Assembly (NCBI GenBank): GCA_028277625.1
Contig: JANQFW010000089.1
Coordinates: 15,815-79,814, forward strand
Source of the DNA: Candidatus Gastranaerophilales bacterium
Lineage (GTDB): Bacteria > Cyanobacteriota > Vampirovibrionia > Gastranaerophilales > JANQFW01
Length of the DNA: 64,000 bases
Direction of reading: 5' to 3'
Under the pieces are notes generated by a model, which worked only from the letters and a program-made list of their open reading frames with translations, was not told the DNA's origin and made no database searches. Positions 27,410 to 34,772 of the stretch are shown here, in pieces. A program made the translations under genes and the position numbers. Numbering within the stretch: position 1 is the stretch's first letter; each line of letters begins with the position of its first letter.

Positions 27410-27476
27410 GGGTAAAGGATACACTATAAAAGGTAGGTTAAAATCAAGTTTTAGATGCGAAAGCATCTTTTTTTTT
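27410..27476 (+). ncRNA. candidate small RNA, family 1 copy B (about 67 nt)
   Basis: GCAATT (27376-81)-N19-TATAAT (27401-06), 5' end GGGTAAAGG (27410-18), hairpin AGATGC-GAAA-GCATCT (27453-68) plus T9. Opposite strand to both flanking genes. Confidence 0.5.
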
Positions 27477-27506
27477 GTTTTTGTGATTTATTTATTGTGT
27501 TGATGC

Positions 27507-27743
27507 TCACTTGGGTATAGGATCATTACCTCCAGGATGTAAAGGGTGACATTTAATGATTCTTTTGAAACCCAAAAAAGAACCTTTAATTGCGCCATGT
27601 TGAATAATGGCTTGCTTTGTATACTCTGAACATGTTGGATAAAATCGGCATGTTTGGGGAGTAAATTTAGAGAAAAACTGATAAAATTTTATTAATTTTA
27701 TGAAAATAGTCTTTAAAATGTTTTTATTATTGGGTTTTGACAT
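27507..27743 (-). CDS. yidD: membrane protein insertion efficiency factor
   Basis: 78 aa with [10 protein letters not shown]...HGAIKG..LG.KRI.KCHP.HPGG.DP, the YidD signature. Confidence 0.9.
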   Translation of the reverse strand: MSKPNNKNILKTIFIKLIKFYQFFSKFTPQTCRFYPTCSEYTKQAIIQHGAIKGSFLGFKRIIKCHPLHPGGNDPIPK

Positions 27744-28110
27744 GTTCTGAGTATCTTTTTAAGGCTTTGTTAATACAATTTTCAACAGCATTATAAACCT
27801 GATTAAAATCAGTATCAAGTGAATCGTTTCTGGCTAAGAATATAATACTATACCAGTAATTATTGTATTCTGGATGTTTTATTTTGTACTTTTTAAAAGC
27901 TTCTCTTATATGTCTTTTAATTCTATTGCGCTTTGTGGCTTTTTTATGAATTTTTTTACCTACAACAAATCCTACTTTTGTTGGGTATTGTGGATTTTTA
28001 TTTTTTTGTCCCACATATAGTATTAGTAAAGAGTTTGATACTGATCTCTTTATATTATATGTTTTTACAAATTCTATATTCTTTGTTAGTCTTTCGTCTT
28101 TTGGTAGCAT
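27727..28110 (-). CDS. rnpA: ribonuclease P protein component
   Basis: 127-aa basic protein with [17 protein letters not shown] (RNR motif). Lies between rpmH and yidD and overlaps yidD by 17 nt. Confidence 0.85.
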   Translation of the reverse strand: MLPKDERLTKNIEFVKTYNIKRSVSNSLLILYVGQKNKNPQYPTKVGFVVGKKIHKKATKRNRIKRHIREAFKKYKIKHPEYNNYWYSIIFLARNDSLDTDFNQVYNAVENCINKALKRYSEHVKTQ

Positions 28111-28137
28111 TTTATTTATTCTTACTTATAATTTATT

Positions 28138-28174
28138 AAAAAAAGATTTAAGGTCAGAACCTTAAATCTTTTTT
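28138..28174. terminator. symmetric hairpin between rpmH and rnpA (attenuator/terminator)
   Basis: 12-bp stem AAGATTTAAGGT / ACCTTAAATCTT (28142-53 / 28158-69), loop CAGA, flanked by an A-run and a T-run, so it is followed by U-runs on both strands. Confidence 0.5.
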
Positions 28175-28183
28175 TGTCAATAT

Positions 28184-28342
28184 TTTAAATTAGGCTCTTT
28201 TTTTGTACTGAATGCCTAGCTTGTGGCGTCCTTTTGCTCTTCTTCTTGCAATAACATTTTTACCGCCTGGTGTTGACATTCTTACTAAGAAGCCACTTTT
28301 GCGTTGTCTTTTTCTTTTAGTTCCTTCTAGGGTACGTTTCAT
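28184..28342 (-). CDS. rpmH: 50S ribosomal protein L34 (not in the ORF track, under 60 aa)
   Basis: Hand translation: [52 protein letters not shown]. The MKRT...KR....GF..RM.T..G..V...RR.KGR..L signature is present, and GAGGAG lies upstream. Confidence 0.9.
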
Positions 28343-28716
28343 TTTCTTTTCTCCTCTTATATTAAATTAAAGATTTTATAAGTTTTATATTACATTTCTT
28401 TAGGTTTTTTCTCATGATATCACTAAAATATAATATCAAAAAATAAATTACTGTAAATATTTTATAATCGGCTAGCATAAAAAGTTTTAAACACTATCTG
28501 GCATTTATTTTGGGCTATGTTTTTATTACTGATAGGCTGTACATTGGTTTAGTTATAACAGTATTAATCGTAATATCCTTAATATTTATATATTAAAGAT
28601 GTAAAGTGTGCGAGCATTGTAAAAGTTTTTTAAGTTTTTATTTGTTTTATATCAATAAAAACCATGTTTTTACTTCTATAACATGGGGAAAGTAAGATAA
28701 ATGGATTTAGGCGACT

Positions 28717-31533
28717 ATGCAATTGAATATTCAAACTAATCAAGTAACTAATTTAAAAAATCGTTTAGCTTTTGGGAGTGTACAACAGAATCCAACCATC
28801 GCAGCGCAGAGTTTTAATGTACCAGCTCCGGCAGCTTATCAGGCTCCACCGGTTGATTATCAGAAAGCGTTGGCATTACCAGGTGGACCGATTAAGAATG
28901 CAGTTAATCAATATAATGTGCAACTTCAAAGTGGAGTACCACAAGGCACTCAATATAAAGAGGTAAGGTTAAATAAGCTAGTGAGTTCTCAAGATCTTGA
29001 TGCCGGTCAGAAGGCATTTTATGAGAAGTATAAGCTGAATCCTGATTTTAAAACTTTAATAGTTAAAGAAGATTATAACTATGCTGATGATAAGCTTGAT
29101 GCATTTAGGCTTGTAGAAGTTAAATTTAGCAATGATTATGATGAATCTTTAAAAAATATATTTGCTAATAAGATGAATGGGCAAGTAAAACCTAGAGAAA
29201 GACAATTAGTTGATAAGTTATTAACTATTGCAAATCAAAATCCTGCATCTTTTGCTGATGATCAAGCTAAACTTAGTAAGCTTAGTTCATTAACTCCTAA
29301 TACTAAAACTTTATTAAAGTATAAAGTTAAAGAATTTATGGAAAAAGAAATAGTTCCCCAATCCATGAATAATCATTTTAGGGCAGAAGTTCTAAAGCAG
29401 CAATCATATAATCAAAATGCTGCCCTAATACAGAGTTGTTTTGATAAGCCTAATGCCTGGACTGCAAAGTTAGCGCCACAAGGACAAGAACCCGTAACTA
29501 CTAAAGCAAAAATCAAGAACGTGAAAAATCTTTGTGATAGGATTGCCAAAAACCCTGATGATGCAAATACAATGTTTGTAATGTTCTTTGATAATGTGCT
29601 AAAGACTAAAAAAGCAATGAAGGCTAACAAAATTGATGCTAATACAACCATAGAAGATTATTACAACAGTTTACCTGATAATTGGCACAGAAATAGAAGC
29701 TGGTATTATACATACGTTAATAATTTTGGAACTGATAAAAACGGAAAAGGTGATTTTAAGACATTCACCAAGCAATTGAACTATCTTGATAAATTGGGTA
29801 TTAAGAACATGTTAATACTCCCTCATTATGCATCTCCACAAGGTGATGCAGGATATGACATTTCTGATTATCATGCATCAAAAGAGTTGGGTGGAGAAAA
29901 GGAGTTTGGTAATTTCTTGAAGGAAGCAACAAAGCGTAAGTTCGGTTTGACAACAGATTTAGTATTTAATCATACTTCAACTGAGCATGAGTGGTTTAAG
30001 AAGGCACAAGCTGGTGATCCTAAGTACTTCCAGTACTTTTTGAAGTGTTCACCTGATTGGGCGAAGAAAGATTTAGATAAATCATTACATATGCGAAATG
30101 GCAACTTAATGCTAGAGCTTCCAGAGAAAGATAAAAATGGAAATACAGTTGTATCTAGTAAGAACTTAAGTCCATTATTCCCAGATGTTGATAAGTCTAT
30201 ATGGTTGGATAAGCCGGTTAAGGGGTTAAATAAAAACGTACTATTCTATAAGACTTTCTATCCATTCCAAGTTGATTTAGATTTACAGAATCCTGACGTT
30301 ATAAATGAACTATATGACATTATTGGTTCGGAAGTTGCAAAAGGTGTGGCCGGTAAGAGACTTGATGCGGCAGCATACTTTATTAAGCAACCGGGAACTG
30401 AAAGTTATAGTTTGCCGCAGACAGATGCATTACAGCAGCTTTCTGCATCATACATGAAACATTTACATCCTAAGACAATCATTATACCTGAAGTTCTAAA
30501 GGGTAATGGTAAAGGCGATATATTCTTTGACTTTAGGGATCAGGCTAAGTTAAGAGAAATGAGTTACTTACATACATCTGCTCCTTTCTGGGAGACTTGG
30601 GATAAAAATAAGGATGCCTTATTAAACCCTAATAATAAGCAAGTTCCATTGGTTATCTTTGACCACCATGATGAAATATACATGAACCAGTTTGGTAAAA
30701 ATCAAGATGCAATGGAGAAGTTCTTAACCTCATCATTCAAGACAACTAATAAGCATGGTCAGCCAAAAGAGGTTGTACATGCTGATATGTATAAAGGTGG
30801 TGCTGCTGCCGGTGGTAGGATGGCAACCTGCGTTAATGAAGATTTAAGGCGTATTACTCAGGCATTCTTTAACCAGTTCATGATCCCTGGTGCACCTGCT
30901 ATTTATTATGGTTCTGAAATTGGAGCTACTAATAATAGAGAAAATATGGAAGTTAGAAAAGTTGAGCAGTATCAAATACTTAAGAGACTTTTAGGCCCTG
31001 AAAAAGTAGGTGAGGATGAAAGTATTACTCTGGATAAGTGTGCTGACCCTCGTGAGCTACAGAGAGGACCAATTGATGCCGCTAAATTTGATAAGGCAGA
31101 TAAAAGTCATTATCCTGCTATAGATACTATTAAAGAATTAAATAAACTTAGAGAAGAAAGATCCGCTTTAAGGTCTTATAATATAGAAAAACTTCAAGGT
31201 AATGACGATACATTATTTGCTATGATTAAGTATCCTGAGCAGGAGGCTAAATTGAACGATGGCTCTATTGAAAAACCTTTGGTTACTGTATCTAACCTTA
31301 ATGATTCTGAAAAAGTTGTTAAGATTCCTGTGAAACAAATTCAAAAAGCAATGAATGCTAATGGTAACGTTTCGTTTAAAACTTTATTCAAACTGGATAA
31401 TGAAACTAAAGGCGATCAGGTCGCTGTTAGTGTGTCTGATAAGCAGGAGCAAACACTTATCAGTAAGTCTAATGACTTTATCTCAGTGAAGCTTCACCCT
31501 TATAGCTCATTAATTTTAGAGCCAACTGTATAA
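28717..31533 (+). CDS. GH13 alpha-amylase-family enzyme (TreS/amylosucrase-like) with about 340-aa N-terminal extension
   Basis: All four GH13 regions are seen: DLVFNHTS, GKRLDAAAY (nucleophile D), IIPEV (acid/base E), FDHHDE. The first about 340 aa have no recognisable family. Confidence 0.8.
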   Translation: MQLNIQTNQVTNLKNRLAFGSVQQNPTIAAQSFNVPAPAAYQAPPVDYQKALALPGGPIKNAVNQYNVQLQSGVPQGTQYKEVRLNKLVSSQDLDAGQKAFYEKYKLNPDFKTLIVKEDYNYADDKLDAFRLVEVKFSNDYDESLKNIFANKMNGQVKPRERQLVDKLLTIANQNPASFADDQAKLSKLSSLTPNTKTLLKYKVKEFMEKEIVPQSMNNHFRAEVLKQQSYNQNAALIQSCFDKPNAWTAKLAPQGQEPVTTKAKIKNVKNLCDRIAKNPDDANTMFVMFFDNVLKTKKAMKANKIDANTTIEDYYNSLPDNWHRNRSWYYTYVNNFGTDKNGKGDFKTFTKQLNYLDKLGIKNMLILPHYASPQGDAGYDISDYHASKELGGEKEFGNFLKEATKRKFGLTTDLVFNHTSTEHEWFKKAQAGDPKYFQYFLKCSPDWAKKDLDKSLHMRNGNLMLELPEKDKNGNTVVSSKNLSPLFPDVDKSIWLDKPVKGLNKNVLFYKTFYPFQVDLDLQNPDVINELYDIIGSEVAKGVAGKRLDAAAYFIKQPGTESYSLPQTDALQQLSASYMKHLHPKTIIIPEVLKGNGKGDIFFDFRDQAKLREMSYLHTSAPFWETWDKNKDALLNPNNKQVPLVIFDHHDEIYMNQFGKNQDAMEKFLTSSFKTTNKHGQPKEVVHADMYKGGAAAGGRMATCVNEDLRRITQAFFNQFMIPGAPAIYYGSEIGATNNRENMEVRKVEQYQILKRLLGPEKVGEDESITLDKCADPRELQRGPIDAAKFDKADKSHYPAIDTIKELNKLREERSALRSYNIEKLQGNDDTLFAMIKYPEQEAKLNDGSIEKPLVTVSNLNDSEKVVKIPVKQIQKAMNANGNVSFKTLFKLDNETKGDQVAVSVSDKQEQTLISKSNDFISVKLHPYSSLILEPTV

Positions 31534-31702
31534 ACTGAGTAATAAAAACTTTTTATTATGTATTAAACTCATGCGAGAATTTAAGTAGTAAAAGATGTAG
31601 AACCTTTTATTCCTTACTTCCTTTGGTGTGTATTAATAAAAAAATAAAAAACATTTAAAAAGAATGGCAATTTTTCTTATGTATATAACTTTATATATAT
31701 AA

Positions 31703-31842
31703 GATAGGTAAAACGTTAAGATAGAGTATAAGTAGTATAACAAAAGACTTTCAACCAATATGTAAACCTATATATTAACCTACACACTTGCTAAAATCTT
31801 TAAACCATTCTTCTTGTTTTTATTTAACAAGAAGTTTTTTTT
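31703..31842 (+). ncRNA. candidate small RNA, family 2 copy A (about 140 nt)
   Basis: GCAATT (31667-72)-N19-TATATA (31692-97). 21-nt core ACCTACACACTTGCTAAAATC (31778-98) is identical to the minus strand of 54734-54. Terminator CTTCTTGTT/AACAAGAAG (31810-34) plus T8. Confidence 0.5.
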
Positions 31843-32338
31843 GTAAAGAAAAAGTCCCTTTTTTTTATTATTTTAAAGTTTTTTGGACTTTAAAAACTTG
31901 ATATGCTATATCTGTAATTATTATATATTTTAACATGTTTTCTAATGTTTTATAGAATTTATAGAGGTTTGCTGCATGATTTTACTGTATTTATTAATTA
32001 AAATATTTAAAATTTAAATAATCCAGGATTTATTCTTTATGTATTTGATCCTTTGCGTTATAATAATTATTGGTTTTTCTACATGTTATATTTAAAGAAA
32101 AATAATAATAAAACATATATTATAAATATTAGTGTTTATAATATATAACATTATCGATAGCTAACTTAAAACTTGTAAAGTATTGCTGGTTAATATTTAA
32201 AGGTTTTGCTTAGCTTTTAAGGTTACGAGTCAAGCCTGTTTATGCACTTTTTTAGTAGTTTTTGTTTTTTAATATATAATGAAGGTTAGTGTGTGATTAT
32301 TAGGTAAATTTATAAAAAGATAATTAAGGGTAGTTTCA

Positions 32339-33034
32339 ATGGAATTAAATGAGATTATAGAAAAGTTTCAGGGGTATAAATTGTCCCGAGATAAATTAAC
32401 TCCTTATGAAAGCTGGGCTTTAAATTTCTTCCATGATAAGTCTCACGTATCAAATCCATTTTTGAATGTAACAATGCAGCTTGATATTTCTGAGGCTAGG
32501 AAAAATTATTTAGAAAATTATAAGCCTTTGACAGGTGCATCTTTTACTGCTTTTCTTACTTGGAATTTGATAAAATCATTGAAGAAGCAAGATTGCTTTA
32601 GTTATAGAAGGTTTAATGATGAGTGGTACAGGTTTGATAACTTGCCCGTTTATATTCCTGTCCTTGTAGGTAATGCATTTAGATTTCAGGAGTTTTTCCT
32701 GGAAGATGTAATGGAATCTAACTGGAAAGCATTTTCTTCTGCTTATACTGATAACATTGAAAGAGTAAGAAATAATTTGGATCAATTTAAGGTGATAAGT
32801 CCGATTATATTTAATTTGGCAACTCATATTGGTAACTTATCATATTTGAATTTTACTGGATTTACCCTGCATGGTGTGGATGCAACTGGTAGAAACTTGT
32901 TTTATTTTGGCAAGCGTACAGAACTTAACGATAAATGGAATCAACCGTTAAATGTAACTATAGATCATACCACTGCTGATCCTTATATTTTGAACTTGTT
33001 AATTGAGGATTTTACGCAAGAGTTGGTTAAATAA
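32339..33034 (+). CDS. CAT-like (chloramphenicol-acetyltransferase-fold) acyltransferase
   Basis: 231 aa. Length and C-terminal NVTIDHTTADPYILNLLIEDF (HxxxD catalytic motif in the CAT position) fit CatA-like O-acetyltransferases. Substrate unknown. Confidence 0.6.
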   Translation: MELNEIIEKFQGYKLSRDKLTPYESWALNFFHDKSHVSNPFLNVTMQLDISEARKNYLENYKPLTGASFTAFLTWNLIKSLKKQDCFSYRRFNDEWYRFDNLPVYIPVLVGNAFRFQEFFLEDVMESNWKAFSSAYTDNIERVRNNLDQFKVISPIIFNLATHIGNLSYLNFTGFTLHGVDATGRNLFYFGKRTELNDKWNQPLNVTIDHTTADPYILNLLIEDFTQELVK

Positions 33035-33062
33035 TCATTGCATTTTATAGATATATAAGAAT

Positions 33063-34178
33063 TTATTTTCTTTTTTTTCTTTTCTTCTTATTTTTTTTAA
33101 TTATTTTTTTTGCATTGTCTATGGATATTCTGGCAAGAGGCTTTCTGGTTTGGTTGTCATAAAATACTAGCCAGTGTTTTCTTCTTGGGTTGTCTACAGA
33201 GAATGACAGTTTGCCTTTAAGCCTGGAGTTTGGTGATATTTTTCTGAACCATAGATCTGTATTTTGAAAAGGCGAAGCATAGTAGACAGATTTATAGTCG
33301 TTTACCAGTGCCATATCAAAACTGCTAAAACTTTTTTCTGTGCTGTTATCTATATCTAGTTGTAAAGTTATTGTGTTTAATTCTCCAAAAGGATCTTTTT
33401 CTAGTTGGTAGTCTTTTATAAATACCTTTAAGCCTTCTAAAATATTTTCTTCTTCTTGCAAGGCCTCTTTTGCCATAACCGGTAGCTTTAATTCTTCAAC
33501 AATTTTAACTTTAATTTGATCTCCCGGAGCAAGTAAAACTTGTTTACCCTTTCTTGCTACTGACGCGGTTGCCCCAACTAGAGCTCCAACACCAGCTCCA
33601 CCTGCAAGTGTGTATCCGTTACTTGCAACTGCTGCACCTAGTCCAAGATGTTTTAATGCAAGAATTCCCCCAATAACTCCGCCTGCAACTGTAATTGCTG
33701 CATCTTCCAATACAACTTTTGCTGCTGACGAGACTGCATTGCGTTTGGTTGTCATTGAAGCTTCTATTGGTATTTGTCTACCATTTGGTGTAACTATATA
33801 ATCAAAATCAAGTCTTATTGATGCATCTCTTCCCAGCCTTTTAGAATTAGTAACTTTATTAACTGTGCCATGTGCTACTGAGCCTGAGGGGATAACTATG
33901 CCTTTTTTTAAGTTTAAGTCGTCAGTTATTTCTGCGTAGAACTCGTCTCCCTTTTCTGTGTAAGTTGTGCTTAGTACAGAGGAGACAGTCATTTTTAGGA
34001 CGGTTCCTTTTTTAACTTTTTCAACTTCACCAGTGAAGAGTTTATCCGGGGCTTTTTGATTTTCATTATATTGTATTCCACTACGAATTACAGGAGATTC
34101 AACTTCCTGTGCTATACATAGTAGACTTTGAGATATAAATATATTTAGAGCTAGCATAAATGTTAATATTTTTTTCAT
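33063..34178 (-). CDS. secreted protein: TrbI/VirB10-like beta-barrel pattern + glycine-zipper segment + C-terminal domain with poly-Lys tail
   Basis: Signal peptide. GTVLKMTVSSVLSTTYTEKGDEFYAEITDDL...IPSGSVAHGTV...RLGRDASIRLDFDYIVTPNGRQIPI follows the G-T-x-I...S...G-D...A-x-V...IP-x-GS...G...R...F..l..P.G pattern. Gly-zipper AGGVIGGILALKHLGLGAAVASNGYTLAGGAGVGALVGA. Confidence 0.5.
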   Translation of the reverse strand: MKKILTFMLALNIFISQSLLCIAQEVESPVIRSGIQYNENQKAPDKLFTGEVEKVKKGTVLKMTVSSVLSTTYTEKGDEFYAEITDDLNLKKGIVIPSGSVAHGTVNKVTNSKRLGRDASIRLDFDYIVTPNGRQIPIEASMTTKRNAVSSAAKVVLEDAAITVAGGVIGGILALKHLGLGAAVASNGYTLAGGAGVGALVGATASVARKGKQVLLAPGDQIKVKIVEELKLPVMAKEALQEEENILEGLKVFIKDYQLEKDPFGELNTITLQLDIDNSTEKSFSSFDMALVNDYKSVYYASPFQNTDLWFRKISPNSRLKGKLSFSVDNPRRKHWLVFYDNQTRKPLARISIDNAKKIIKKNKKKRKKRK

Positions 34179-34355
34179 AAGTCCCTGTAGTCCAGTTGTG
34201 TTATGTTTAAAATTATTTTTTTAATTATCTTGGCTATTATATTAAAGTAAGAACAATCTTTTCTTACTTTAATATAATAATTTAATAATGGAAATTAGTC
34301 ATCACTGATTCGGTTTAAAAAAAATAAAAAAACTGGCACGATAGATATTTTATTG

Positions 34356-34520
34356 TTAAACAGTGATTAATGATTTCAACATTCCTTCGCCTTTGAGAGT
34401 TATTGTGTTATTTTGTTGGTGGTCTTTGCTCTCAAAGATAATTTCTACTTGGTTTTCGATTTTATCCACAGAAACTTTTATCTTTTCTTCTTTTATATCT
34501 TTAATGATTTTCTTATTCAA
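34356..34520 (-). CDS. possible unannotated 54-aa ORF (TTG start)
   Basis: GGAGA lies 8 nt before the TTG at 34520. Translation: (M)NKKIIKDIKEEKIKVSVDKIENQVEIIFESKDHQQNNTITLKGEGMLKSLITV. Confidence 0.3.
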   Translation of the reverse strand: MNKKIIKDIKEEKIKVSVDKIENQVEIIFESKDHQQNNTITLKGEGMLKSLITV

Positions 34521-34772
34521 TATTGTGGTCTCCAATTATTAAAAGGAAATAAACTTTTAAAATTCTAACAATACTAATATAACCTATTTTAAAATTTTTT
34601 CAAGTCTAAACTTGAGAATATACAATTGAAATTGGAATAAAAAATTTTAAAAATGACCTTAATATAATAAAACCATTTGGTCGTAATAAATTTCATGATT
34701 TTATTATTTTTTTTACTTATTAACTGTGCATAGTCAACTTTATAACTGTGTGAAAGCTTTTGCTTTCAGTTG

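Noticed and set aside
27433-27441. 9-nt complementarity between family 1 copy B (GTAGGTTAA) and family 2 copy A (TTAACCTAC, 31775-31783)
   Set aside because: It is too short to be meaningful in an AT-rich genome and is not preserved in the other copies of either family. Noted only as a hypothesis to test computationally.
34472-34480. Perfect E. coli-type DnaA box TTATCCACA
   Set aside because: It is a single isolated 9-mer inside a probable small ORF, with no clustering or AT-rich unwinding element. The clustered TTTTCTACA boxes next to dnaN are the credible origin.
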